Shown: positions 12,111 through 30,769 of the stretch, piece by piece
Position numbering within the stretch: position 1 is the first letter of the stretch
Layout of the letters: each line of letters starts with the position of its first letter
DNA from: the human T2T-CHM13v2.0 reference genome, Homo sapiens
Length of the DNA stretch: 64,000 nucleotides
Assembly: GCF_009914755.1 (NCBI RefSeq)
Contig: NC_060937.1
Strand: one strand, 5' to 3'
The notes under the pieces: generated by a model
What the model was told of the DNA's origin: nothing
Seen by the model: the letters and a program-made list of their open reading frames with translations, nothing else
Database searches by the model: none
Position numbers and translations under genes: made by a program

Positions 12111-13863
12111 AGATAAATGCAAAATATGTGTTGATTAGAATTAAATGACATCCGTCCTTGAATGTGGGGAGCAGTGGCTCTCAACTTTCTCTATGTTTGA
12201 GCGAAAGGAAAGTTAAAGTGAAAGAGGAGTAAAAGTTCAAGATAGAAGAAGCAAGTTTTAAGAGGGTTCATTTAAGTTTTACACAGATTCCCAACAGATT
12301 CCCTAGAACTGGATTCTTCAATTAGTATACTGTATTTTAAGTGATGGATTGGGAAAGTATTTATAACAGTAGTTTGGAGAGAAGTGATGTCAAATAAACT
12401 TTTTTTTTTGTATATTTCAGGCTTTCAGAATTAGAAAATTTCAGGAAACTTTAGACAAAGGGCAAAAAAACCATTAAAAAAAGTCAATATGAAGCATGTT
12501 TGTTAATATTCCTTGGGCTTGTGTTTGCCAATTTTATTTTTCCTCTAGCAAAAGGCTAGAGAAATTTGTTCTGCTCCTAATGATATTGAAATTGCCAAAG
12601 TCAACCAACTAATGAAATATTTGAAGACATTCTAGTAAAGTGAGCATTCTAGCAAAGTGGGCTATTAGTAGCTATGCAACCCATAATTAGATTTTTTCTA
12701 TACCTCAGTTTCTCCCAGGATATAACTGTTTGCCTGCAAACCATGTCCTGATAACCAGGCTAATGATAATGCATGCAAACTAGAGACTCCCACAGTGTCA
12801 ATTACCTCAGGAGAAGAAGCTAAGTAGTTTAAAGCTGCATTCAATTTTTCATACAACAAGAGTACTGTTTATTGTGCTGGCTAAATAAGTATGAGATAAA
12901 TGTGCATTTATCAGAAAAAATACTATGAAGATTAAAACTATTGCTCATCATTCTAGCTACAGGGCCTTTATGATTAACAGCCTCAATCATCCTAACTTAT
13001 CGTAATTGGCTATATGGTAGCAAAAAGACTGCATTATCAGTTCTCAAGCTGCATATTATCCTAGAACACTACTGGGGATAACTGACCAAAAACATACAGA
13101 CCTTGAAAAGACCTGGCTTAAAAAGTAGTCATTTTATAAATTGAGTTCACTAGTGTAACGTCTTTAATGAAAATATTTTAGGTCAAAATCCTCCAGGGAG
13201 AAGCAGGCAACAAATTAAAAACAACATATTGTAACTACTCCTTCTAGGATACCCCAATAGTAAATTGTGCTGCTCTGGTGTTGGATAAGTCATTGTTTTC
13301 CTCTAAAAGCTGTCACACAATTTTCAGAATTATCCCTTGAAAGTTACATTTGCATTTATCTGACAGTGGCACTTATAATATGTGAACACCTTGAGCAAAA
13401 CTTTCTGTCTGCTAACTTAGTAATTTACCTTTTAGAAACTTTGTTTCACATCAGTTATTCAAATGCATTTTGCCATTCATTATAGCATCATGTCCAGAGG
13501 CATATCCTTTTCTGGAATGTGTCAAGGATCTCAGCAATCTTACTTTAACTTGAACAATACTCCAGTACATTACAACATAGTATGATTTGGAGGATGTCAA
13601 CATCATTTCTGCCTGTATATCTCTTCCCCTTCCAACTTGTAAAATTCTAAACTTACTTCTGTTTTCAGACCTTGAAAGTTCTCACCGTGAAACTGAAAAC
13701 AGAAATTAAGTGCATTATCAGGAAGGTCATCTTGTAAACAAAACTGTTACCCCAACAAGCTGCAAGTAGATTCCCTTTTTGTGCTTTGGATATTCCAATT
13801 GAATTTGAACAACGATGATTATATTCACTTACTTAATAATTAGTGTTTAAAAACTGAGTGGAC

Positions 13864-15060
<1,197 letters not shown>

Positions 15061-15922
15061 TTAGCAAGACATTTTCCAGAAAACCAGTGCCCTTCTGAGG
15101 CTGAGTTTCCTTAAATCTAAAGGGGTGAGGGAGAATGAGATGTTGTGATGAGAATGCATTTGTTTAAAGAATATGTCATAAAGCAGGAACCATTTAAAAA
15201 AGTAAAGACAAATGTCTTATTTCTGTAACTAAGCAATACAATAAACTCCTAAAGTTTATTAAGCACCATACAATTATTGTTAATTAACATTTACCCATCC
15301 CTATCTTATGAAGTTACCTCAATTAAGAGATGAGACAGCATGTTTACCAAATATAATGTTGTATTTTTAAAAATCTAATTTTTCAAAAGATTAATTAATG
15401 AGATGCAAACATATCTTTATCATTATAATTGTAAAACCCTGTAACAATTTTCAATATTTCTTAAAATTTTATTTTTCTATAACTTACAGTTTTATGTTTA
15501 ATTATTGGTATATAATAAATATTTGCAGCAGTGGATGTACTCTGCTACAAATCTGGTGATTCAGTAAGTCATCCAAAAATGTAAGACAGGTTGGAAAATA
15601 TTATGTAATCTCTTTAATACATATTCATTCTACTAAACTGAAATTTAGTAGAATTTCAGTTTTTGGCTACAAATTTGATCATAAGTGTCAGCCTATCCAC
15701 TCAGAACACTCAGTTCCCAGGATCAATGTGATTGATTCAGGATTAAACGCATTACCCAAGTGAGGAGAAACAAGGGCCCATGTGAGACTTCCAGGCTATT
15801 GAGAAAGAATCAGTCTTGCTTCAGGAATTGCTAGCCTCTAAGTAAAAAAGGCTGAGACTAAAAGATGATTTTTTTTGGAATTTTTCTTATTGCAGTCACA
15901 TATATATATATACATATACATG

Positions 15923-16200
15923 GAACTGTATAGGAGCAGAGTTTTGTATGGTATTGAAATTTAGTTGGTATTAATTAGAATTAGATTATTATAAGTTTGG
16001 AATGTTAAATGTAATCTACCTGGTAATGAGAATTAGATTATTATAAGTTTGAAATGTTAAAGGTAATCTACCTGGTTGCTTGTTACTGGATACTTGTTAC
16101 CAGGTAGATTACATTTAACATTCCAAACTTATAATAATCTAGTTCTAATTAATTCCAGCTAAATTTCAATAGCATACAAAACTCTGCTCCTATACAGTTC
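15923..16200. repeat. Long inverted repeat (104-bp arms, 4 mismatches, 70-bp spacer) derived from L1M
   Basis: 15923-16026 is the reverse complement of 16097-16200 at 100/104 positions. The spacer holds a 48-bp direct copy of the left-arm end. Confidence 0.95.
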
Positions 16201-16310
16201 TGGTTTCCCCTCCCACCTTTATGTTGACATAAATTACATTTTATCTATTCTGTGCTCAGTAACAGACTGATAATTATGCATTTATCTTTTAAATCCTGTA
16301 GGAAATAAAC
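16097..16310 (-). mobile_element. L1M (L1MC/MD-like) inter-ORF fragment
   Basis: atttcaatagcatacaaaactctgctcctata...aaattacat...tcttttaaatc. The same L1M region appears, more diverged, at 38480-38557. Confidence 0.65.
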
Positions 16311-16932
16311 TGTGCTTTATAGAGAAATATACAAAGTGTGCCTTATAGAGAAATATACTTTTGATTGTCTTGACTTTTTTATTATTTAAGTGGTAAGAAC
16401 TTGATGTCAAGGTCTAAGTGCTAAACTGGAAAAACTGCTCAATTGGTTATTTTCATTTTATGAATAATGCATGCGTGGAGCATAGGTGGATGCTAAAAAG
16501 TTATTATTTCTAAGCTAAATTTAATTTTTGTTTTTTTATTTTAGAAACATTTTTGAAGATTACCTGTATATACATACAATATAAATACGTAATATATGAT
16601 AATTATAATTGTCTATTATTTTTATTAAATATAAACAGGGAATGTGTCCCTATCTTCAGTTAATTTCAGTTTAGTAGAATGAATATGTATTAAAGAGATT
16701 ACATAATATTTTCCAACCTGTCTTAGATTTTTGGATGACTTACTGAATCACTGGATATTAATTTAATGCCTATTTCACATGTCCTGAGGCCTGTATCTAT
16801 TTAGATCCACTCTTCCATTGTTGTGCATCCCAGATTGGCTGCATTTACCCAAAGAGGTTCTGTTTTCACATGAGGCCTGACCCATTCACCAGAACAATGT
16901 CTCTCAGGTTACATATTAAGAAGCATAACACA

Positions 16933-17457
<525 letters not shown>

Positions 17458-17479
17458 TTACTGTCACCTAAGCTCCAAT

Positions 17480-20678
<3,199 letters not shown>

Positions 20679-23600
20679 GAGCAAGATGGTGGAGTAGATA
20701 ATACAAGACATATTGCCCCCAAAATAACAAATATGTAATTATCCATGAACGATAATAATCTTGGGAGAAATAAAGGGTCCATTTAAGAACTGGTTGCAAC
20801 ATTACGGAGCAAAAAAGCCCAGAATCACTGCACAGAAATGGTGGCTGGAAAGACTGGCAGACATGAGATGTGTGGAAATGTCTAGGAACAAAGAAAAAGT
20901 ATGGAGGTTATCAATATCAGCCACATGGAGATAGCCACTGAAGTCCACAGTGGTCTGCTTAATAGAGGACATCATCAGCTTTTGCCACTGAGGTAACCAA
21001 CAACCATCCTCATCACAAACCACCAGGAAACAGAGATGCAGTTGCTTCCCACCACCCTCCATGAAGAAGACACTGTTTTGCCACCCTTCCCAACACTGCC
21101 CCCATACCCTGAAACCATGGTTGCTCCATGCATGGCCATACCTCAGAACCAGGCTTCATGGCTGCTCCACATTTGCCTGTGTTCTGGGACCCCACTCTGT
21201 GGTCATATCACATGCATTCACACCTCAGACACAGAAGTCACTGCTGCTCTAGTGTAGCTCCACCCTCAATCTTGGAGCCCGGGTTACAGGACTTTATTCC
21301 TGTGTACACTTGCACAATGCACGCTGGCTCCACAGGTGCTCCATGAGTGCTCACATCTCTGATATCAGAGCCACTGCCACAGCAAGCTAGTTTCTCAAGA
21401 CCTCAGACTCATACTCACATAGCTTCTTGCATATCCACACTCCAGATCCCAGCTCCATGGCTGCTGGCATGCTGTGCCCACTTGCGGAACACCAAAGTCA
21501 CTGCTGCTGCAAGTTAGAATACATCAGAGACCTCAGATCTTCTGTAGCTCTGGGTATGCCCATGTTTCAGAACACAACCTCTTGGTTGTTCCACAAGCAC
21601 TATGCCTTGGACATCATTACCAAAGTAGCAACAGGAAGACCTGTGCCCCAGGCACTGGTGCCACCACCACCCAGACTCTGGAGCCTTGGTTCATCCCCAT
21701 GTGCCTGTGCTTCAGACCTTGGCTCCATGGCCACTTCACTGGCACCATGAAGCAGACAATGATGATGCTGCTGCCACTGCAAACGTGCCCAGAAGTTGGT
21801 TTCAGTGCCAAAAGGGATCCCCTTGGTCATGACTTCTCCAGTGGCAGAAAAAGGTAGCAGGAGCACCCTAGCAACCTTTGCCATTTTAAACCTCAACTGC
21901 CTTTGCTGCCACCAGGGATACCTAAACACTTTGCTGCTGAGGATCCCTGCAATCTTAGCCAACAGTGACCTCAGCTGACAGAACTGCATAAGAACTATGC
22001 TTCCGTGTCCTCACTAGAACCTAAACTGCTGCACTGCTTACAGCCAGCACTCTCAAGCCCACTCATAGGGGAAGATCTTTGCCCACTGAAAAGAGTATGT
22101 AAAGTCTGGAAGAAGTGACTGCTCTATCATATGCGCAACATCAAGGCAAGGCAAAAAAATATGAAAAACTAAGGGAATATACCACCAAAAGAACACAATA
22201 ATTTCCTAGTGAATGACCCCGCCCTCCCCACCACAAAATTGAAACCTTCAAATTGTCTCACAAAAAGTTTAAAATAATTATTTTCAGGAAGCTCAGTGAA
22301 CTCTAAGAGGGCACAGGGAAACAATTTAATGACATCCAGGAAACAGTAAACGAATAAAATGAAAAATTTAACAGGTTAATTTTTTTTTAATAAAGAACCA
22401 AACAAATTTTAGAGCTGAAAATAATGAGTTAAATGAAAAATGTAATAAAGACTGTCATCAGTGAAACTAATCAACCAGAAGAAAGAATCTTTGAATTCAA
22501 AGACAATTTATTTGAAAATATATAATCAAAGGAGAAAGAAGAAATAAAATAAAAAGGGGTAAAGAAACCCTATGAGATATATGGGACAGCATCAAGAAAG
22601 CTAACTTTCACATCTCGAGAAGCAGAAGAAAGAGAGAAAGGGATTGAAAGCTTCTTTAAAAAATAGTAATTAAAAAAATTTCAAATCTGGGGAAAGATAT
22701 AAATATAGAGATATAGAAAGCTAAAATTTTTCTAATCATAATCAAGCCAATGAAGACTACACCGAGGCATATTATAATTAAACTATCAAAAATTAAAGAC
22801 AAAGAATTGTGAATGCAACAGAGAAAAATGATTGTTCCATATATATGAATAACCATAAGGTTACCAGAGGATTTCTCAGCAGAAATTTTTCAGTGCAAAG
22901 GCAGATAAGGACGATACATTCAAAGTACTAATAAAAAAAAAAAAACATGCCAACCGATAATATCACAAACTGCATAGCTGTTGTTCAGAAATGAAAGAGA
23001 GATAAAGACTTTTCTAGACAATAAAAGCTCAGGGAGTTTACCCTACTAGACCTGCTTTATGAGAAATGCTAAAGGGAGATCTTCAAGCTGAAACAAAAGG
23101 AAGCTAATTAGTAACATGAAAATATAAAAGTATAAGCTCAGTGGTAATAGTAAGTACATAGTCAAATTTTAGAATACTTTAATATTGAAATAGTAGTGTA
23201 TAAATCATGTATATCTCCAGTATAAAGGTTAAAATGTAGAACAGTATTAAAAATTACTGTAGCTGCAATAACTTCTTAGTGGATAAACAATATAAAAATT
23301 TATAAATTGTGACATAAAATGTATGTTGGGGAGTAAAAGTTTAGAGTTTTTATATATGATCAAACTTAACAGCCTAAAATAGCTTGTTACATATATAAAT
23401 GATTTATGTAAGCCTCATGGTAACCCAAAAAGCAAAAATCTATCCAACATAGATAAAAGATAAAGACAAAGAAATCAAACATATTACAGAAAATCATTAA
23501 ACCATAGAGGAAGACATAGAAAGAAAGGAACAAAAGATCAACAAAACAACCAGAAAACTATAAACAAAATAGCAGTAGTAAGGACTTACCTATAAATAAT

Positions 23601-26600
23601 TTCCTTAATATAAAAGGGTTTAAATTCTTCAATCAAAAGACAGAGTGGCCAAATGGTAAGAACAAACAACAACAAAAAACAAGCCTCAATTTTATATGCC
23701 CTATGAAGGATTCATGATTCACTTCAGCTTTAGTGACACAGCTAGACTAAAACTGAAGGGTTGGAAAATAGATATAAATAAATAGATATAAAATAGATAT
23801 AAAAATGAACCCCAAAAAGAATAGGGGTAGTTAGGGTAGTTATACTTATCAGACAAACTAAGCTTTAATTCAAAAATGGTAGAAAGAGGCATAAAGGGTA
23901 ATGTTATAACAATAAAGGGTCAGTCAATTCATTAGCAGAATATAACAATTATAAAATATTTGCACCCAATATCAGAGTACCTAATTATATGAAGCAAATC
24001 TTAATAGATCACAAAGGAGAGATAGACAATAATGCAATAATAGTTGGGAATTTCAGTACCCCACTTTTAACAGTGGCTAAATTAGCCATCAAGGAAACTG
24101 TGGACTTGGTCTACACTTTAAACCAAATTGGTCTAAAAGACATAAACCAACCATCTTATCCAACAAGAGCAGAATACAAATTTCTTCTTAAATACGTATA
24201 AAATATTCACCAAAATGAACCATATATTAGGCCACAAAATCAGTTTTAAGAAATTTAAGAAGATTGAAATCATATCAAGTATCTTTTCTGACCACAATAG
24301 TATTAAACTTGAACTCAATAACAGGATACATTTTGAAAAAATCACAAATATGTTGATATTAAACATATTCCTGAACAAAAAAAAATCACAGAATAAATCA
24401 AAAAACAGAAAATATTTTTAGACAAATGAAAATGGGAACACAACGTACTAAACCCATAGGATACAGCAAAAACAGCCCTAGGAGGGAAGATGATAGCACT
24501 AGGTCCTTACATCAAAACATGAAAAAAGATGTCAAATAAACTTAAAAGTTTTACCTCAAGAGATCAAAAAATAACAAACTAAACCCAAAGTTAGTAGAAG
24601 GAAGGGATCATAAATATCAAAGCAGAAAAAATTAAAATAGTGACTAGAAAAACAATAGCAACATAACTAAGAGTTTCTGTTTTCTTTAAAGATAAACAAA
24701 ATTGGCAAATTTTAAGTAGACTTAATTTTAAAAATGAGAAGCCTCAAGTAAATAAAAGTAGAAATGAAAGAAGAGACACTACCACCAGTGTCACAAGATA
24801 CAATTGTAAGAGACTACTCTGAAATATTATACTCTGAAAAACTGAGTAACTTAGAAGAAATTGATACATTCCTGGAAACATACAATCTACCAAGACTGAA
24901 TCATAAATAAATAGAAAATATAAACAGAACAACAATAAGTAAGGAAATTGAATTATTAATGAAAAGTCTCTCATCAAATAAAAGCTGGGGACCATTTGGC
25001 TTCATGATTGAATTCCACCAAATGTTTAATGAATTACTACCAATAATTCTCAAGCTCCTCCAGAAAATTCAAGAACAGGGAATACTTCCATACGAATTTT
25101 ATGAAGAAACTATGATTTTCCTACCAAAGTCAGACAAGGATACCACAAGAAAGAAAATTGTCTTTAATCTATGTTCATCAGGCCAATATCCCTGATGAAC
25201 ATAGATTCAAAATTCTCGACAAAAACTATCAAGTAAAATAAATAGCACATTAAAGTATTATCTACCATGATCAGAGGTCTTTACTTGTTGGATGCAAGGA
25301 TGGTTTAATATACACAAATCAATAAATATGATATACAATGTGAACAAAATGAAGGACAGAAGCCACATGACCAATTCAATTAATGCAAAAAAAAATTTGG
25401 CAGAATTGAACATTCTTTTATGATAAAAACTCTCAACAATTTAGGTACAGTTGTAACGTTCCTCAACACAATAAAGGCCATATATCAAACTCACAGTTAA
25501 CATACTCAACAATAAAAAAGCTAAAAACCTTTTCGTAAGATCAGGAACGAAACAAGGATGCTCACTGTCACCACTTCTATTTGACATAGTACTGGAAAGC
25601 CCAGATAGTGCAGTTAGGCCAGAAAAATGAATTAAAAGGCATCTAAATAGAAAAGAAAGAAACTAAGTTTTCTCTGTTGGCAGATAAAATGATACTATAT
25701 ATAGAAAATGTTAAAGCATCCACCAAACAACTGTTAAATTGTGAGAACTAATAAATTCAGTAAAGCTGCGTGATACAAAAATCAACAAAAATAAGCAACA
25801 TTTGTATAAACTAACAATCAATGATTTGAAAAATAAATCCAGAAAACAATTCCAACTACAGTAGCCTAGAAAAAACCTCAGGAATACATTTAATCAAGGA
25901 GATGAAAGATCTCTACACTGACAGCTATAAAACAGTGATGAAAGAAATCGAAGAAGACACAAATAAATGGAAAGTTATCCTGCGTTCATGGATTGGAAGA
26001 ATTAATATTGTTAAATATCCATACCAGCCAAGGTTATCTGCAGATTTACTGCAATCCCTATCAAAATTGCAATAATATTTTCCACAGAAACACAAAAAGC
26101 AATCCTACATCCTCTGTGAAAACACAAATGTCTCCTAATGGCCAAAGCAATGCTGAGCACAAAGAAAAAAAGTTGGAGATCTTACACTACCTGAACTCAA
26201 AACCTACTACAAAACTATAGTAACTAAAGCATGGTACTGGCATGAAAATAAACATAGACATAAATGGAACAGAATATAGTGCCAAAAACCAATCCACACC
26301 TTTAGGATCAACTGATCTGTGACAATGGCACTAAGAACATGCAATGGGACAAAGACAGCGTCTTCAATAAATGTTAGTGAGAGAACTGTAAATTCCAGTG
26401 GAGAAGAATTAAATTAGACTCTTATGACATACCACTCAAGAAAATTAACTCAAAGTTGACTAAAGACACATCTAAGACATGAAATAATAAAACTTCACAA
26501 AGAAAACTTAGGACAAATATCCTTGACATCAGTTTTCACAACGATTTATTGAATATGACACCAAAAGCATAAGCAACAAGAGTAAAAATAAATAAGTGGC

Positions 26601-26623
26601 CTTACATCAATATGAAAAACTAT

Positions 26624-26775
26624 CAGGCATGGTGTTGCATGTCTGTACTCCCAGCTATTGTGAACCTAAGAGTTCAAGGCTGCAGTGAGTTCTGATTGTG
26701 CCACTGCACTCCAGCCTAGGTGACAGAGCAAGACAACTGTCTCAAAAAAAAAAACAAAAAACAAAAAACAAAAAA
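26624..26775 (+). mobile_element. Truncated Alu right arm / FRAM-like monomer within L1MA
   Basis: gagttcaaggctgcagtgag...ccactgcactccagcctaggtgacagagcaagac followed by an (A6C)n tail. AAAAACT on both sides. Confidence 0.85.
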
Positions 26776-26843
26776 CTTGTACCTCAATAGAAGCAAAGTA
26801 TGAAGGAAACCTACTAAATGGAATAAAATACATGCAAGCCACA

Positions 26844-27223
26844 TACTATGGTTTGAATATTTGTGTCACATCCAAAATTTATGTTGAAACCCAATCTCCA
26901 ATGTAGCAGTATTGGAACATGGGGACTTTGTGAGGTGGTGAGTCATAAAGGATCCACATTATGAATGAATTAATGCCTCATAAAAAGTCTTCACACAGTG
27001 TTTTTCCCTTCCTTCTGCTATGTGAGAACACAGCATTCTCCCTTCTAAAGGATGCCCCAACATGGTTTCATCTGGGAAGTAGAAAGCAGACTTGACCAGA
27101 AATTGAATCTGCTGACACTTTGATCTTGGACTTTTCAGCCTCCAGAGCTATGAAAAATACATTTTTATTGTTTACAAACTGGCTAGTCTGTGGTATTTTG
27201 TTATAGCAGAATGAACTAAGACA
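26844..27223 (+). mobile_element. MaLR solo LTR (MSTD-like) within L1MA
   Basis: tactatggtttgaat...gatcttggacttttcagcctccagag...actaagaca. TSD CCACA/CCATA. Confidence 0.88.
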
Positions 27224-29159
27224 CCATACATCTGATAAGATGCTAATACCCCAAATGTTAAGGCATTCAAACAACTCAACAACAAGAAAACAAATAACCC
27301 AATTTTAAAAATAGCCAAAGGACTTGATAGACATTTCTCCAAAAAGGAGTCATTCAAATGACACCAGGCATATGAAAAGGTACTCAGTATGATTAATACT
27401 CAGGGAAATGCAAATCAAAACCACAATGAGATATCACCTCATACCTTTTAAAATGGCTATTCTCAAAAAGTCAAAAGAAAACAAGTGTTGTTGACGATAT
27501 GGAGAAAAGAGAACCCTTATACATTCTTTCGAGATTGTAAACTAGTACAGCCGTTAGGGACAACAGTACAGATGTTCCTCAAAAAATTAAAAATGGAGCT
27601 GCCATTTGATTCAGCAACCCACTTATGGGTACATATCCAAAGGAAATGAAATTAGTATGTTGAAGAGATATCTGCATTCCCATCTTTAATACACATACAG
27701 CCAAGAAATGGGATCTAAATATCCATCTACAAAAGAGTAGATGAAGAAAATGTGATATATATACATAATGGAATACTATTCAGCCTTTATGAAGAAGGAA
27801 ATCTTGTCAGGTACCACAGCATGGACAGACCTTTTTATCCATATACCTTTTCATATACCTGTTGGTCATTTGTATGACTTCTTTTGGGAGAAATATCTAT
27901 TCAGGTCCTTTGGCCATTTATAAAATTGGGTTATTTGTTTTTTTGCTATGAGTTGTTTGAAAGACACAAAAAGATAAATACTGCATGATATGACTTATAT
28001 GTGGAATCAAAAAAAAGTTGATCTCATAGAAGTGGAGAGTAGAATAACAACGGTTACCAAAGACTGGAGAGGATGTGGGTGAGGGTGTTGGGGAGAGGTC
28101 AGTCAAAAGGTACAAATTAACAGTTAGATAGAAGGAATTAGTTTCTATGGCACAGTAGGGTGACTATAGTTAACAATAATATATTGTATATCTCAAAATA
28201 ACTAGAAGAGAGTATTAAATGTTTTCAGCACAAAGAAATAAATGTTGGAGGTAATGGATATGCTAATGAAACTTATTTGGTTATTATACAATGTATACAT
28301 GTGTCAAAACACCACAATGTACCCATAAATAAGTATTTATGACAAATTATTATTTGTCAGTTGGAAGTAAAAGATAAATAAAAAAACCCCATGTTATGAG
28401 TATTTCTTCAAAAATTTGTTCTCAGTTTTAATATATCCTTTGAATTGGAAGGTGAGAACAGCTAGTTAATAGGCTTTATCCATTTTGAAATAATTAACAA
28501 ATTTAAATGTTGAAAACTATTATTCTAGGATTTTGTGTAAACAGATTTGTTTCATGCCCTATTTTGTACTACGTTCTTTAATTGTCAATTGCTGTTTATT
28601 ATAGTATTGATTCTTTTTACTTTCTTGTTCTTTATCATTATTTTATGATACCATTATTAGATTTGTGTAAGAATGTCGATCTGGCTAATTTCAAAAATAA
28701 AACAACTACATTTACTCTGAATTAACTAGTTAGCCAAGGAGAGTTTATGAAACCCTCCAGAGAACCAATCAGATTTATTACTATTAACTATTAGACACTA
28801 AGACTAATCCTTAATGACAGTCCAATGTAAACCATTTGTTGAGATATAATTACAGATATATTGTCTGAAATATCAATAATTTAATGACATTAAAGATCTT
28901 TGAAAATGTCAAATTGTTATATATATTTATATGCCACTTTTATTTATATACCAGCCATACATTCATGCACATACACATAGTGCCATAGGTTTGAATACTT
29001 TACAGTTAACAGTCCTGACTTAGCATGGGAAGCTTTGATTTGGAAAATTTGTTCTTGGCAGAGATTCAGAATTCTAGTCAGCAAAGCATTTTACTACTTG
29101 GAAATAAGGAGTTCTTGGTATTTTAAAAGAATTAATGAATAATGAAATGTAAAGCAATA

Positions 29160-29265
29160 TACACATTATATATTATAATAATTGTGTAACATATAACATA
29201 ATAATATATTATTTATACTATATAATAATATACATATTATACATACAGAGGTTTTATATATATGT
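29160..29265. repeat. AT-rich low-complexity (TA)-type tract
   Basis: Degenerate tata/taat repeats. Confidence 0.7.
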
Positions 29266-29266
29266 A

Positions 29267-29551
29267 CGTCTGCCCTCCATATTCGTGGGTCCTGCATCTG
29301 CAGATCCAACCAACCACAGATCAAAAATATTGGGTGAATAAAACTGATGATTGTGTCTGTACTGAACATGTACAGGCATTTTTTCTTGTATTCAGTATTA
29401 TACATGATCTAGAGATGATTTAAAGTATACACCAGGATGTAAGTTATGTGCAAATATATGACATTAAGTAAGAGACTTGAGCATTTATGGATTTTGGTAT
29501 CCACAGGGAGGTCCTGGAACCAATTCCTCATGATTACCAAGTGACAACATG
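29267..29551 (-). mobile_element. MER2 (TcMar-Tigger) DNA transposon, internally deleted
   Basis: gtctgtactgaacatgtacagg, tctagagatgatttaaagtatac, ggattttggtatccacagggaggtcctggaaccaat. TA flanks on both sides. Confidence 0.9.
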
Positions 29552-30769
29552 TATACAGCGATGCAGGACTTCTGGTGGCCACATGTCAGTCAGAAGAAGA
29601 CTATGAGACTCTTGCAACAGTGGAGGTAAATTTGTGTTTTCATATAGGGTAACTAGACTTTGACCAATAAGTATACTGGGAACCCAAAAGAGGAGGACAC
29701 TATCATAGCAATAATTGTAAATTGACTTATTGTAAACCCTGTAATTTAGATCAACAGCCCATGTGCTTCTGGTATGCTTTGGAAAAATCAGAAAGTTTAA
29801 ACTCAGACAGTAAGTATTGATGGTAGATTACTTCTTTCTGGATTTGCTTTGTTCCTCTTAGACATTTTTCATTCTGGCTAATAACTAACAAAATAAGTAC
29901 CTAAAAATAATGCCAAAAGAATAGAAGACCATTTTATTATCCTTTTATCTTAGGTAATAAGTATCTACTAATATGCAATGTCTTTCTTGAGATAATGAGT
30001 ATATACTAGAACAAAGTTTTTAAAATAATATTCAGCAAGGTACAAGATATTGTGCTTAAGTTACTAGTCCTGTAATTAAATTTGAGAATAATTGTTTTGG
30101 GTATATAGCATAATATTTGAATATTATATGTTATTAGTAAATTATATAATAGGCTAATTATCAATAAAAGTAAACAGCTTCTGAATTTTGTGAGTCATTA
30201 GAGTTAGTCTATATACATCTCATGAGTAACTTAATCATCTAAAAACTTTGCTTCACCACATAAAAACCTAATTTGTTTTATATTATTTTAATAGGAAATC
30301 ACTATTACCAGTTTTATAATACAGTCTAGAGATAATTTTCTTGTTTATGATGATACATGAGTTTGATTGTCTACTTAACTACAATTTTACTTTATTTTAC
30401 TTATATTCTCTTTCCCAGGAGTTTTCTGTTGTCAAACTATGAAAGACGTATGCTCTGGGACTTAAGCAGTAAAGACTTTATATAAATGAATATATGATAG
30501 ATGTGAAGACTTTTTTATCTTTTTAAAATAGCTAGTAATAGGAAGATTACTTAAATAATGCGCTTCTGTGGTTTAAATTCTTAAATTAATTATCTGCTGA
30601 TTTGAAAGAAAGATGAACAAGAAAGAATATTGAGACTGTAGTTTGTTTACCATTTTACATTTTATAACAACTCATGCATTCATGTCTATAATCTGTGGTA
30701 TTTTTCGCAATTAACAAAGTATGATTTTTAAAAAATTAATTTATTGCATTAATCATTCTCTCTTCCTTT

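Larger units (their letters stand above)
20679..28386 (+). mobile_element. Near-full-length L1MA (L1MA6-8-like): 5' UTR, decayed ORF1/ORF2, 3' UTR
   Basis: Starts GAGCAAGATGGTGGAGTAG. GC-rich 5' UTR to about 22100. Endonuclease remnants IIVGNFSTPL and IFSDHNSIKLE. Z/RT remnant KSWGPFGF..EF. L1MA-type 3' end and A tail. Confidence 0.9.

Noticed and set aside
21036-21989. Cluster of overlapping 100-129-aa ORFs on both strands
   Set aside because: Stop-poor GC-rich L1 5' UTR repeats; no recognisable domain.
30380-30453. Strong-looking splice acceptor (polypyrimidine tract + CAG at 30416-30418) with a weak donor 29 nt later; other isolated splice-like sites near 12420, 13668 and 29625
   Set aside because: No consistent exon chain or reading frame; such sites are common in AT-rich DNA. 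Needs RNA-seq.
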